A stretch of 24,770 nt of DNA from a virus (IMGVR_UViG_3300029995_000039:1-24770); one strand, 5' to 3'; numbered from the stretch's first letter, positions 1-10,418 are shown. Numbers and translations: made by a program. Notes: generated by a model not told the origin, from the sequence alone.

Positions 1-2073
1 AAAACCACCGATTTTGATGGTATGGGCGTATCTAAAGGTTTAGGAATATTAGCATTAGCTGCGGGTATCTCAGTATTGGCCGATGCAGTAAAGAAATTTA
101 GTGAAATAGATAATGGCAACTTGGTAAAAGGTTTGGGCGCAGTAGGTATCGCATTAACTGAAATATCACTATTTACAAATCTAACTGGAAATGCTAGTAA
201 AGTAATATCAACAGCAGTAGCGTTAACTATAATAGCAGGAGCCATGTTAATATTAGCACAAGCAATTGGTATTATGGGAAACATGTCACTTGAAGAAATA
301 GGTAAAGGATTACTTACCATGGGTGCTAGTTTAGCCATAATAGCGGTAGCATTAAAAGCACTTCCAAAAAGTACAATATTAATAGGTGCTGGATTAGTGG
401 TTGTTGCCACATCATTGGTAATATTATCAGAAGCATTGGGAACAATGGGCAATATGTCTTGGGAAGAGATAGCAAAAGGATTAGTAGTACTTGCTGGGGC
501 ATTAACTATAATAGCAGTAGCTATGCAATTTATGACGGGTGCAATACCCGGTGCTGTAGCATTGATAACTGTTGCTGGAGCATTAGCAATTCTTTGTCCT
601 GTATTATTGGCATTAGGTAGTATGTCCTGGGAATCAATTGCTCAAGGATTAACTATGTTGGCTGGAACATTTGCTGTAATTGGAGTTGCCGGATTATTAT
701 TAGGACCACTTACACCAGTATTATTAGCATTAGCTGGAGTAGTAATACTTATAGGAGTTGCTGTATTAGCCACAGGAGCTGGAATGATGATGTTAGCAGG
801 AGCAATAACTGTATTGTCAGTTGCAATTCCAATATTTGCAGCAGCATTATCAATAAGTGCAGCAGAATTAGTTGCTGGGTTTACAATAATTTTGACAGGT
901 ATCGCTTCGTTAATACCATTAATAATTACTCAAATAGGTGTTGGTCTTGTAGCATTTGCAGTGGCAATAGGCAATGGAGCACCAGCTATAGCATCAGTTG
1001 CAGTATCAGTAATATTAGCATTCTTACAGGCATTAAATGATACAATACCACAAATAGTAAATACAGTATTATCATTATTGGCAACTATATTAGAAACTGT
1101 TGTAAAATATTTACCTAGATTCATCCAAGCTGGTATAGATATAATAATGGCATTACTTGATGGTATTGCTAGTTGTATAGAAGCAATAGTACAAAAAGGT
1201 ATTGAAATAATGATTAACTTTATAAAAGGTATTACTAGTATGCTTGGTGAAATTGTTGATGCTGGTGTAAAATTAATGATAAGTTTTATAAATGGTTTAG
1301 CAGATGGTATTAGAAATAATACAGATGAAATGATAGCCGCAGTTAGTAATCTTATGTCTGCAATACTAGAAGCTGGTTTTAAAGTATTAACAGCTGGGTT
1401 TGATGGATTTGTTGATGTAGGAAAAAACTTAATGCGAGGTTTAATTAACGGACTTAAGAATGGTGTTGCTGCAATAGGAGATACTGTTAGTAGCATTGGT
1501 AATAGTGTACTTAATGGATTTAAAAATATATTTGGAATACATTCGCCATCTACAGAGACTACTGATATGGGTATGTACTTAGATAAAGGTCTTGGCGGTG
1601 GTATGTCAAAGTACTCTTCATTAGTAGATAGAGCTGCAAAAGGAGTTGGTGAATCAGCATTAGATTCAATGTCTGGCGCATTATCTGGTGTATCAGATAT
1701 ATTAAGTGGTAATGTCGCTATTGACCCAACTGTTCGTCCAGTATTAGATTTAACAAATATTCAAAATGGAGCCGGGCAAATAAACAGTATGCTAAGCAAT
1801 CAACAAGCAGTTCTTACTGGAGTAGAAGTAGCAAACAGTGCATCTAATAATAATGCAGAAACCGTTGCAGAAGCAATAATAAGAGCAAACACTACAAACG
1901 AACAAAGAGTTGTTACTGCAGTAACTAAATTATCAGATCTTATGAGTGATTTAAAAGACGTAATGAGTAAGCAACAAATTGTAATGGATACTGGTGCCGT
2001 AGTAGGTTCCATTATAACAGAAGTAGATGCAGCATTAGGTCAAATATCAACATTAAAAGGGAGGAATAATTAA
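1..2073 (+). CDS. Phage tail tape measure protein, 5'-truncated by the window edge
   Basis: Frame is open from base 1. Long Ala/Gly/Leu/Ile-rich helical repeats (MGNMSLEEIGKGL, MGNMSWEEIAKGL, LGSMSWESIAQGL) and a GIHSPS motif typical of tape measure C-termini. Lies directly upstream of Dit/Tal-like genes. Confidence 0.9.
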   Translation, partial: KTTDFDGMGVSKGLGILALAAGISVLADAVKKFSEIDNGNLVKGLGAVGIALTEISLFTNLTGNASKVISTAVALTIIAGAMLILAQAIGIMGNMSLEEIGKGLLTMGASLAIIAVALKALPKSTILIGAGLVVVATSLVILSEALGTMGNMSWEEIAKGLVVLAGALTIIAVAMQFMTGAIPGAVALITVAGALAILCPVLLALGSMSWESIAQGLTMLAGTFAVIGVAGLLLGPLTPVLLALAGVVILIGVAVLATGAGMMMLAGAITVLSVAIPIFAAALSISAAELVAGFTIILTGIASLIPLIITQIGVGLVAFAVAIGNGAPAIASVAVSVILAFLQALNDTIPQIVNTVLSLLATILETVVKYLPRFIQAGIDIIMALLDGIASCIEAIVQKGIEIMINFIKGITSMLGEIVDAGVKLMISFINGLADGIRNNTDEMIAAVSNLMSAILEAGFKVLTAGFDGFVDVGKNLMRGLINGLKNGVAAIGDTVSSIGNSVLNGFKNIFGIHSPSTETTDMGMYLDKGLGGGMSKYSSLVDRAAKGVGESALDSMSGALSGVSDILSGNVAIDPTVRPVLDLTNIQNGAGQINSMLSNQQAVLTGVEVANSASNNNAETVAEAIIRANTTNEQRVVTAVTKLSDLMSDLKDVMSKQQIVMDTGAVVGSIITEVDAALGQISTLKGRNN

Positions 2074-2798
2074 TGGCATACCATTCAATTACTTTTGGAA
2101 ATAAAAACACATTCGACGATTGGCATTTAGTTCCATCATCAAGACCATTATTTAATCCTCCTAAACAAAAAATAACACTTATGGATATACCAGGAAGCGA
2201 TGGTACACTTGATCTTTCTGAGACGTTAACGGGTTATCCAGTATATAATAATAGAGAAGGATCGCTTGAATTTATTGTATTGAATGATTTTAAAGAATGG
2301 CAAAATACATATTCTGATATAATGGATTACATACATGGTAGAGTCATGAATGCAATATTGGAAGACGATCCAAACTATTACTATAAAGGGCGATTCTCAA
2401 TAAATGAATGGAAGTCTGATAAAGACCATTCCAAAATAACAATAGATTATGTAACAGAACCATATAAGTTGTTAAAATTATCATCTATTGAAGACGCTAC
2501 CCTTGCTCAAAGTTTTAAAAATATAGTAATAGATAGTGGCACACCAATATTAAAAACATTTCAGGGACTTATCGGACGAAAACCGGTATGCCCTACGTTT
2601 ATTATCTCCACAACAGGAGGCATGACAATAAGATTAAAAAATGATGAACTAGGAATCGATAGCACAAAAGTACTTAATGATGGAACTATTGTTGTTTCAG
2701 ATTTTATACTATCAGGACTTACAGAAAATAGTACAATGTCATTTTGGTTTACAGGGCATGGAACAGTATCAATAGTTTTTAGGAATGGGAGGTTATAA
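2073..2798 (+). CDS. Distal tail protein (Dit)-like
   Basis: TAATG overlap with the tape measure stop and GGGAGG RBS. 241 aa with SITFGNKNTFDDW and DIPGSDGTLDLS segments typical of siphophage Dit proteins. Canonical position between tape measure and Tal. Confidence 0.8.
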   Translation: MAYHSITFGNKNTFDDWHLVPSSRPLFNPPKQKITLMDIPGSDGTLDLSETLTGYPVYNNREGSLEFIVLNDFKEWQNTYSDIMDYIHGRVMNAILEDDPNYYYKGRFSINEWKSDKDHSKITIDYVTEPYKLLKLSSIEDATLAQSFKNIVIDSGTPILKTFQGLIGRKPVCPTFIISTTGGMTIRLKNDELGIDSTKVLNDGTIVVSDFILSGLTENSTMSFWFTGHGTVSIVFRNGRL

Positions 2799-2800
2799 TA

Positions 2801-5800
2801 ATGTATACTATTTATGCAGGATCATTATGTATATATAATGATGTGAATTTGCTAGATGAATTAAAAATAATAACCCCTACTTTAACAATGGCCGATAGTG
2901 CTGCTGGATCGCTAGAAATCACGGTTCCAACTACTAATGTCGGTTATGATATAATACAACGTATGAAAACTGAAATAATAGTAAAACAAAATGGTATTGA
3001 GATATGGTCTGGTCGTGTTCTAAAAGAAGGTATAAACTTTTTAAAACATAGAACATTATATTGTGAAGGCGAATTGGCATATTTGAATGATACTACACAG
3101 CCACAAGCAGAATATCATGATGTTACTATACAAAGTTTTTTAGAATCATTAATAGGTATACATAACTCAAAAGTTAATATTGAAAAACAATTTACAATAG
3201 GTATCGTCACTGTTACTGATCCAAATAATTCGATATTTAGATATACTAATTATGAGAAAACAATAGAGTGTATCAATGATAAATTGCTTAAAAAATTTGG
3301 CGGGCATATTAGAATCAGAAAAGTTAATGGTATTAGATATCTAGATTATTTGGAAGACTATCCAAATACAAATACTCAAACAATTGAATTTGGTAAGAAC
3401 TTACTAGACTTTACACAAAATAAGGATATGTCAGAATATGCAACAGTTATACAACCATTAGGTGCTCGTTTAGATACTAGTCCAATAGAAGCTTTGGATG
3501 CATATTTAACAGTTGAATCTGTAAATAATGGAAAACGTTTTGTTGTATCTACAGATGCTGTAAATGAATATGGATGGATTGAAAAAGTTGTTAGTTGGAA
3601 TGATGTTGAAACAGCAGATGCACTACTTACAAAAGCTACCAAATATTTAACTGATATACAGTTTGATAATATAATTTTAGAAGTAAGTGCTGTTGATTTC
3701 AATTGTATAAATATAGAAACAGAATCAATAAAATTATTAGATGAAATGCGAGTGTTGTCCAAACCTCATGGAATGGATAGATACTTTCCAGTATCAAAAA
3801 TTGTACTTCAGTTGGACAAACCAAGCAATACAAAATTTACAATGGGTACTTCTGAAGTTATATCGTTAACGTCAGCAAACAATAAAACAAATTCTGATTT
3901 ATTAAGTAAAATTGAGTCATTACCAAAAAGATTTGAGTTACTAAAAGATGCAAAAGATAATGCAACTCAACTTATAACATCTGCTACTAATGGTTTTGTA
4001 ACCATTGTCCAAGGTCAAAATGGAAGTAGAGAATTACTAATAACAAACGACATTGATTATACGGTGGCTACAAAAGTATGGCGTTGGAATATAAATGGTC
4101 TTGCATATTCATCCACTGGATACAATGGTACGTATGGATTAGCAATGACTATGGATGGATCTATTGTAGCGGATAGAATAACAACTGGCGTATTAAACGC
4201 TAATCTAATGAAAGCTGGAATCATACGAAGTGTAAACGGTGATAGTTATTGGGACCTTGTAACTGGAGAAGTTAATTTTGTTGCATATTCGCAAGCCATT
4301 AAAGATAATACAGATGCTATAGGACTTATAAGAGAAAATCTAGATGACTTTTCAGTGGCAACATTAGCCACTTTAGACAGTCTACAGAGTCAAGTAGACG
4401 GTTCTATAACAACATGGTTTTATGCAGTTATACCAACCAATAATAATACACCAGCAGTTGATTGGAATACTACTGATCTAAAAAATATTCATTTAGGAGA
4501 TTTATACTATGATACAATAACTGGGTATGGCTATAGATATCAAGTTGTTAATAGTGTTTACGATTGGCAAATAATTACAGATACAGATATAACAAAAGCA
4601 TTAACGGCAGCAGCCGATGCTCAAGATACGGCAGATTCTAAACGTAGAGTATTCATAAACACTCCTACTGTACCATATGATGTTGGAGATTTATGGACAC
4701 AAGGTGCATCTGGTGATTTGATGAGATGTTCTGTCACTAAAGTAATTGGTATGTCGTACTTATTGAGCGATTGGATCAAAGCTAGTAAATACACTGATGA
4801 TACAGCAGTTGATAACCTACACATAGGTGGTAGGAATTTAATTATTGGCTCTAGTTCTGCTACAGTTACAGACAAATGGACGAGTGAGGGATGGGATGGC
4901 AGCATTGCATGCAATAATTCTATAGAACGAATATATTCATTACAAGCATTAAATGGTTGGCGCACACATATGTATACTCTTGATTCATCATATGCTAATA
5001 AAACAGTTACAATATCGTTCTATGCAAAATTAACATCAATTGATACAACCTCCACTAATCTAAATAGCTTAACTTTTAATAATGATTCAGCATCATCATT
5101 TACCGCTATTCCATTTGATATCGAAGGTAATACTGGAACAGATACGTTACCAGTTAAAGATGTTTGGTTATTTTTTAAAAAAACTACTACATTAAATTCC
5201 ATTGCAAGAGTCGGTTTTATGGTAGCGTGCCAACCAGAAAATCAAGGTTTCATAACTACTTGGTTAATTAAAGATTTAAAAGTAGAGACCGGCGATAAAG
5301 CGACCGACTGGACACCTGCACCAGAAGATGTAACTGCCAATACAGATACACTAAAATTTAAATTTACTAATATAATAGGTTGTGATGTAACCAATAATAT
5401 AGTTACTAACTTAGTAGTTGGTGGTGGATGGGGTAATGCCGGAGTAAGCAATACTTATAAATTTTATAATGGCGATTCTATAGAATTTAGATTCTTTGAT
5501 AGATTAGAAGTTATGGTTGGTCTAAGCACCAATGATGTAGATCAACATTATATGTCAGAACAATATGCAATATATCACGTTGCGGATTCATTATATATTT
5601 TTGAGTCAGCCATCAATATAAAGCAAATAGTTAATAATTGGCTAGAAACTGATATTTTAGCAATACAAATAACTGATAATAAAGTAAATTATTTTAGAAA
5701 TGGCAGTTTAGTATATACTAGTGCAACGACGCCAGTCCTACCAATGGTGCTAGATATAGCGATACAACAAGCAGGAGCTAAATGTAGTGTACAATATGGT

Positions 5801-8074
5801 ATGGAAAATAGTTTTAAAGTTTACTCGGATGCCATAAAGTTTACTGCAGATAATGCCACAACGGCAATATCAGATATTTCTAGTGACAGTAAACTAACAC
5901 CATCGGAAAAGCAAACTATTAGAAAAGAGTGGGATAATATATATAATACTTACTTAACAGACTCCCACCAGGCTGATGTTTTTGGAATTGTATCTGAAAA
6001 AACTAACTACTCAAATAACATGTATTATATAGCTGTATATTTGAATGGGAATGTAGATTTCAATTTCTTTACTACAATTCCATCATGGATATCGGATGCA
6101 AATTTATCAACTACTACTGATATAGATGGTACTGAATTTAGATATAAGTTTGTTACTTTTTATGAGGCAAGACAATTATTATTAAATGCTATATCTACGA
6201 AAGCAAAAATACTTGCCGATAATGCCCAATACAATGTAGATAATCTTAAAATTGGTGGTAGGAATTTATTATCAGATAGTGGATTTGAATTAGGTAACTG
6301 GAAACCAGCCGCTGAAAATTATGCGTATTCTGGAAATAAATATCCTGGTAATAACAGTGATAAATCTTACGCCATATCAAAAATCGCAGATGGCGATAGT
6401 TATGCTATATTTAGAATTGGCGTAAGGCCAGTCGGTCATTATATATTATCATTTGATATTAAATGCGATATACCAAATGGTGTAATGAGTGGTAATATAT
6501 TTGTTAGAGCATCAGACTATACCGTTACTTATCAAATGCTTCATATGTCAACTATACCAATGGCTTGGACAAGAATTATTTATCAGTTTGATGTATTAGA
6601 GGAACACTCTATGGGATTGGAACTCATACTTAGGCCCCTTGAATCAGTAAATTACGGAAGTGTACTATACGATAACTTTAAATTAGAAAATGGTACTAAA
6701 GCAACAGATTGGTCACCGGCACCAGAAGACATTGATATAATTAAATTTAGCTTTACAAATATTGTTGGTGGTACTATGGACGGCAATAAATTCACAAAAA
6801 CAATTGATTCTGGTTGGGGTTCTGCTGGTATTAGTAACACATATAAGTTTTATAATGGCGATAGTTTAGAATTTAAACTTATATCAGGGAGCCAAGTAAT
6901 GTGTGGACTAAGTATAAATGATATTGATCAGAACTACGAAACAATAGGTTTTGCCCTATATGTAGATATTTCTGGTACATTGAGTGTGTACGAATTAGGG
7001 CAAGGACGATATACTATCGCAGACACTTGGTTATATACTGATGTATTTGCTGTAAAAATATCAGAAAATAAAATATACTATTTGCGAAATGGAACTGTAT
7101 TTTATACCAGTACAGTAACACCAACTTTACCATTAGTATTGGATACTGCAATGTATCAAGTTAATTCTGAAGTAAGTATTAATTATGGTATGGTAGATAG
7201 TCTTAAAGCGTATACTGAAGGAAAGACAACAGCTAACTCTATAGTATCGACCATTAATCAAACAGCAGAAGCAATTAAAATATCGGCAGATAAACTAGAT
7301 TTAACAGGTTTAGTTACAATAGCCAATATTGGAACGGCTGGAAAAACAATAATTAATGGTAGTAACATAAAATCTGGAGCAATACAATCTGCTAATTATA
7401 GTGTTACATCACCATTTACAGGATCAAGATTAGATTTAAGTAATGGTTCATTTGACAGTGCTTACTTTAAATGGAACCAACAAGGTTATTTTACAGCATC
7501 TGGAGGCACTATTGGACTATGGTCAGTTGATCCTTCATCTGGAGGTTTAATATATAATAACACATCAAAAGGAGTTGTTGGCGGTCAAAAATTTATTGAA
7601 ATGAATCTTGGTAGTTCAGTTAATCATGGAGAATATAATATAAATACTACATTTACGCCATACGAAGCAAGTTTTGGTAGATATTATCCTAACGGTAAAG
7701 GTGCTATTGAATTTGCATTTCGTGACTATACTGAAATGACAGCTGATGGAATATTTCTATGGCATAATGGAACTAGTATGAATGATCCATCAGTTGATGC
7801 TTCTATTATGGTACAACAATATTCTGGACATGGAGGAATTACTACTGGAATATGTTTCAATAGTCCAACAACAATTAGATTTAATAATAATATAGATGTT
7901 GGAGGAGCTTCTATTTGGGGCGCCAATGTAGAAGTAGCTGGTGCTTTAATTGCTCCGAACGTGGTTTGTAAAAGTGGATTAACGGCATATTATAATGAAT
8001 CGCAAGCAGTCTATATTAGTGGTTCGCAGTTTCTAGTGCTATCAATAAAAGGTCATGAAATGGGTTGGTGGTAA
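2801..8074 (+). CDS. Tal-like tail tip / host-adhesion protein: N-terminal prophage tail-endopeptidase-like region plus duplicated carbohydrate-binding-like modules
   Basis: 1757 aa after Dit. N-terminus has GRV..., CEGELAYLND and IEFGKNLLDF segments, followed by VWRWNINGL...MDGSIVADRITTG. Two IGGRNL...ATDWxPAPED modules. Confidence 0.85.
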   Translation: MYTIYAGSLCIYNDVNLLDELKIITPTLTMADSAAGSLEITVPTTNVGYDIIQRMKTEIIVKQNGIEIWSGRVLKEGINFLKHRTLYCEGELAYLNDTTQPQAEYHDVTIQSFLESLIGIHNSKVNIEKQFTIGIVTVTDPNNSIFRYTNYEKTIECINDKLLKKFGGHIRIRKVNGIRYLDYLEDYPNTNTQTIEFGKNLLDFTQNKDMSEYATVIQPLGARLDTSPIEALDAYLTVESVNNGKRFVVSTDAVNEYGWIEKVVSWNDVETADALLTKATKYLTDIQFDNIILEVSAVDFNCINIETESIKLLDEMRVLSKPHGMDRYFPVSKIVLQLDKPSNTKFTMGTSEVISLTSANNKTNSDLLSKIESLPKRFELLKDAKDNATQLITSATNGFVTIVQGQNGSRELLITNDIDYTVATKVWRWNINGLAYSSTGYNGTYGLAMTMDGSIVADRITTGVLNANLMKAGIIRSVNGDSYWDLVTGEVNFVAYSQAIKDNTDAIGLIRENLDDFSVATLATLDSLQSQVDGSITTWFYAVIPTNNNTPAVDWNTTDLKNIHLGDLYYDTITGYGYRYQVVNSVYDWQIITDTDITKALTAAADAQDTADSKRRVFINTPTVPYDVGDLWTQGASGDLMRCSVTKVIGMSYLLSDWIKASKYTDDTAVDNLHIGGRNLIIGSSSATVTDKWTSEGWDGSIACNNSIERIYSLQALNGWRTHMYTLDSSYANKTVTISFYAKLTSIDTTSTNLNSLTFNNDSASSFTAIPFDIEGNTGTDTLPVKDVWLFFKKTTTLNSIARVGFMVACQPENQGFITTWLIKDLKVETGDKATDWTPAPEDVTANTDTLKFKFTNIIGCDVTNNIVTNLVVGGGWGNAGVSNTYKFYNGDSIEFRFFDRLEVMVGLSTNDVDQHYMSEQYAIYHVADSLYIFESAINIKQIVNNWLETDILAIQITDNKVNYFRNGSLVYTSATTPVLPMVLDIAIQQAGAKCSVQYGMENSFKVYSDAIKFTADNATTAISDISSDSKLTPSEKQTIRKEWDNIYNTYLTDSHQADVFGIVSEKTNYSNNMYYIAVYLNGNVDFNFFTTIPSWISDANLSTTTDIDGTEFRYKFVTFYEARQLLLNAISTKAKILADNAQYNVDNLKIGGRNLLSDSGFELGNWKPAAENYAYSGNKYPGNNSDKSYAISKIADGDSYAIFRIGVRPVGHYILSFDIKCDIPNGVMSGNIFVRASDYTVTYQMLHMSTIPMAWTRIIYQFDVLEEHSMGLELILRPLESVNYGSVLYDNFKLENGTKATDWSPAPEDIDIIKFSFTNIVGGTMDGNKFTKTIDSGWGSAGISNTYKFYNGDSLEFKLISGSQVMCGLSINDIDQNYETIGFALYVDISGTLSVYELGQGRYTIADTWLYTDVFAVKISENKIYYLRNGTVFYTSTVTPTLPLVLDTAMYQVNSEVSINYGMVDSLKAYTEGKTTANSIVSTINQTAEAIKISADKLDLTGLVTIANIGTAGKTIINGSNIKSGAIQSANYSVTSPFTGSRLDLSNGSFDSAYFKWNQQGYFTASGGTIGLWSVDPSSGGLIYNNTSKGVVGGQKFIEMNLGSSVNHGEYNINTTFTPYEASFGRYYPNGKGAIEFAFRDYTEMTADGIFLWHNGTSMNDPSVDASIMVQQYSGHGGITTGICFNSPTTIRFNNNIDVGGASIWGANVEVAGALIAPNVVCKSGLTAYYNESQAVYISGSQFLVLSIKGHEMGWW
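4811..5825 (+). repeat. Internal repeat copy 1 in the tail protein (IGGRNL...PAPED module plus a beta-rich module)
   Basis: DNLHIGGRNL...KATDWTPAPED...KFKFTNIIG...GWGNAGVSNTYKFYNGDSIEF...YFRNGSLVYTS...YGMENSFKVY, matched block by block by copy 2. Confidence 0.85.
6239..7213 (+). repeat. Internal repeat copy 2 in the tail protein
   Basis: DNLKIGGRNL...KATDWSPAPED...KFSFTNIVG...GWGSAGISNTYKFYNGDSLEF...YLRNGTVFYTS...YGMVDSLKAY. Confidence 0.85.
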
Positions 8075-8093
8075 ATTAAGAAAGGAGGTAATA

Positions 8094-8315
8094 ATGGATT
8101 TTGATTTAAAAATATTCATGCTAAAACAAAGTATACTTGATTCATTTAATGATGCGCAAATGCCAATAACATTAGTAGATCTAATACTTGGCGAAATGAA
8201 AACAGAAAGCGCAAAAGAAGTAACAAAAGCAATTGCAATACAGAAAGAGCATTATAACAAAGAACAAGAACGAATTGCAAAAGAACAAAATAAAGATACT
8301 CCAATCGTACCATAA
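8094..8315 (+). CDS. Small hypothetical protein after the tail gene (73 aa)
   Basis: AAGGAGGT RBS at 8082-8089 favours the ATG at 8094 over the 8055 start in the ORF track. Confidence 0.75.
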   Translation: MDFDLKIFMLKQSILDSFNDAQMPITLVDLILGEMKTESAKEVTKAIAIQKEHYNKEQERIAKEQNKDTPIVP

Positions 8316-8325
8316 AATAATAATC

Positions 8326-8351
8326 TTCGCGTAAAAAACAGTTTCTATAAT
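8326..8351 (+). promoter_or_regulatory. Conserved cassette-opening promoter-like element, copy 1
   Basis: TTCGCG TAAAA AACA GTTTC TATAAT. Confidence 0.85.
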
Positions 8352-8386
8352 GAAACTATTGATAAAGTTTACGAAGGAGAATAAGT

Positions 8387-8482
8387 ATGAAGAAATTTAT
8401 TAAAAGAAATTGGGTGTTTTTAGTAACAGAGTTTTTATTAATATTAGCAATTTGTATATTGTTACCATTAGCATTTAAGTAG
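8387..8482 (+). CDS. 31-aa single-pass membrane peptide (cassette 1 cargo, absent from the ORF track)
   Basis: MKKFIKRNWVFLVTEFLLILAICILLPLAFK, with a GAAGGAG RBS, between element 1 and hairpin 1. Confidence 0.75.
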   Translation: MKKFIKRNWVFLVTEFLLILAICILLPLAFK

Positions 8483-8488
8483 TTAATT

Positions 8489-8512
8489 GAGAGAGCTTAG
8501 GCTCTTTCTTTT
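8489..8512 (+). terminator. Intrinsic terminator-like hairpin closing cassette 1
   Basis: GAGAGAGC-TTAG-GCTCTTTC-TTTT. Confidence 0.8.
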
Positions 8513-8560
8513 GCAATTATGCCAAATTCAAAATGGTAATAAAAAGGTGGTGATACATAT

Positions 8561-8827
8561 ATGCGTGATGAACTATGTGGTGAAATACACAAGCAAGTCG
8601 ATGAAAGACTTATTCAAGCCAACAAACGATTAACAGAGCATGACATAGTACTCGATCAACAGAATGGAAGAATAAACAAACTAGAAGTACGTGGTGCCAC
8701 TATAGACACAAAAGTAGAAAATCTATGTGATGATATTAAGACACTAGTATCTACTATACGGTGGGCCGGAATATTAGCAATTACTACATTATTAGGATTT
8801 TTTATTTGGTATATCCAACATATCTAA
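8561..8827 (+). CDS. XhlA-family membrane-associated lysis protein
   Basis: Coiled-coil region (RLTEHD...RINKLE...KVENLC) followed by one C-terminal TM helix (WAGILAITTLLGFFIWYIQ). Lies ahead of the holin and endolysin. Confidence 0.75.
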   Translation: MRDELCGEIHKQVDERLIQANKRLTEHDIVLDQQNGRINKLEVRGATIDTKVENLCDDIKTLVSTIRWAGILAITTLLGFFIWYIQHI

Positions 8828-8852
8828 ACAAAATAAAAGGAGGATTTAAATC

Positions 8853-9221
8853 ATGAATTTAAACGAAATTTTAACAGTATTAATCAGTTACGGAACAATT
8901 GCCGTAACAGTAATAGGCTTATTGGCCTTTGCTACGAGTGTGATAACTCAGGTAACTAAAAGTTGGGGTTTTCTAGATAAGATTCCAACAGCATTGCAGG
9001 CGTACGTTGTTAGTTTAGTACTAACAGTGCTAACTGTACTTATTTATATACAGTTTAGTAAAATGGCATTTGTATGGTATTATATTGTCGGGGCAATTAT
9101 ATTAAGTTTCTTTGTGTCATTTGTAACAGTAAATGGCTGGTCTCAATTACGAGAAATTTGGCATAGATTTAATGATACTAATAGTACGAATACAACTGAT
9201 AAATCAGGAGGTGCACAATAA
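8853..9221 (+). CDS. Putative holin (three TM segments)
   Basis: 122 aa with three hydrophobic segments and a polar tail. AAGGAGG RBS, and TAATG coupling to the endolysin. Confidence 0.75.
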   Translation: MNLNEILTVLISYGTIAVTVIGLLAFATSVITQVTKSWGFLDKIPTALQAYVVSLVLTVLTVLIYIQFSKMAFVWYYIVGAIILSFFVSFVTVNGWSQLREIWHRFNDTNSTNTTDKSGGAQ

Positions 9222-10288
9222 TGAGTAACAGTGGTTTGGTAACATATACAAAACTATCACCAAATTGTGATAGACCTAGAAGCAAAAAATTGTCAAAGAT
9301 TACAATTCATCATATGGCTGGAAATCTTTCAGTAGAAGCCCTTGGTGATATCTTTGCTAGAGAAACAAGACAAGCTAGTGCTAATTATGGTATTGATTCT
9401 AATGGATCAGTAGCATTATACGTTGATGAAGTAAATAGAGCATGGACTAGTGGTAATCCAGGTAATGATAATCAAGCGGTTACTGTTGAAGTGGCTAATG
9501 ATGGTGGAGAAGAAACTGGTTGGCATGTAAGTGATATTGCATTAGCAAAACTTATAGATTGGTGTGTTGATGTTTGTCAACGTAATGGTATACCTGCGCT
9601 AAACTTTACAGGTGATGCTACAGGTAATCTCACAATGCATAGTTATTTTCAAAATACAGCATGCCCTGGTCCATATCTTGGATCTCAGTTTCCATATATT
9701 GCAATAGAGGTTAATCGCAGATTAGAAATTTTAAAAACTAATCCAGAAGCCGTAATAGTGCCAAACACTGATGTTGAAGTATCCGCACCAGTACCAGAGG
9801 AGGTGATCCAAGAATCTGCACCTGTACCAGAACTTGTATTAACAGTAAACATTGGTGGATCTGAACAATGGCTTGGATCAGTATATGGTTCACAGTCTGA
9901 TATTATGAATGTTGATTTTGGTTATGGTGGATTGTTAGGTAGAACTATTGAGGGGTTATGCATATCTTTAGAAAATGCAGGATTCTCAGTTAATTATGGA
10001 GTACATATAGCTGGCAGAACTTTACCAGGTGTAAACTCTAATAATGCAGATATGTCAAATAATGATACTGGGTATGCTGGTAAGTTAGGATCTGAGATCG
10101 ATGGCGTACAGATGAGCCTAGAAGGAACAGACGAATTTGATATTGAGTATCAAGTAATCCTTTTATCTGGTAGAATATTACCATCAGTGTTTGGTAAAGA
10201 TGCTAATTGGGATGATGATAATTGTGGATATGCCGGTAGATTTGGACAACATATTCAAGGAATAACAGCAAGAATAGTTAGAAGATAA
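9221..10288 (+). CDS. Endolysin: Amidase_2-type N-acetylmuramoyl-L-alanine amidase with three C-terminal ChW-like repeats
   Basis: ITIHHMAG, ASANYGI, RAWTSG, VEVAN and H...TACPG motifs. Pro/Glu linker with SAPVPE twice. Three repeats ending YGGLLGRTIEGL, GYAGKLGSEIDGV and GYAGRFGQHIQGI. Confidence 0.9.
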   Translation: MSNSGLVTYTKLSPNCDRPRSKKLSKITIHHMAGNLSVEALGDIFARETRQASANYGIDSNGSVALYVDEVNRAWTSGNPGNDNQAVTVEVANDGGEETGWHVSDIALAKLIDWCVDVCQRNGIPALNFTGDATGNLTMHSYFQNTACPGPYLGSQFPYIAIEVNRRLEILKTNPEAVIVPNTDVEVSAPVPEEVIQESAPVPELVLTVNIGGSEQWLGSVYGSQSDIMNVDFGYGGLLGRTIEGLCISLENAGFSVNYGVHIAGRTLPGVNSNNADMSNNDTGYAGKLGSEIDGVQMSLEGTDEFDIEYQVILLSGRILPSVFGKDANWDDDNCGYAGRFGQHIQGITARIVRR

Positions 10289-10301
10289 TTATATCAAGTA
10301 C

Positions 10302-10327
10302 CCCAGGAAACGGTAATACGCCCTGGG
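10302..10327 (+). other. GC-rich hairpin after the endolysin (possible terminator or regulatory site)
   Basis: CCCAGG-14 nt-CCTGGG, with only a weak U-tract downstream. Confidence 0.45.
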
Positions 10328-10360
10328 ATATTTATTAAAAACATTTCATTTTAATTTTTC

Positions 10361-10386
10361 TTCGCGTTAGTAACAGTCCCTATAAT
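10361..10386 (+). promoter_or_regulatory. Conserved cassette-opening element, copy 2
   Basis: TTCGCG TTAGT AACA GTCCC TATAAT. Confidence 0.85.
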
Positions 10387-10418
10387 GAGACTAAATTAGA
10401 AAATAAGGAGTATTTAAA

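Noticed and set aside
22-1500. Hydrophobic periodic repeats suggesting a membrane transporter
   Set aside because: Such repeats are ordinary for tape measure proteins, and the gene context (Dit, Tal) supports that call.
4811-7213. Diversity-generating retroelement TR/VR pair in the tail gene
   Set aside because: The copies differ at all base types and both are in-frame coding. No reverse transcriptase is present.
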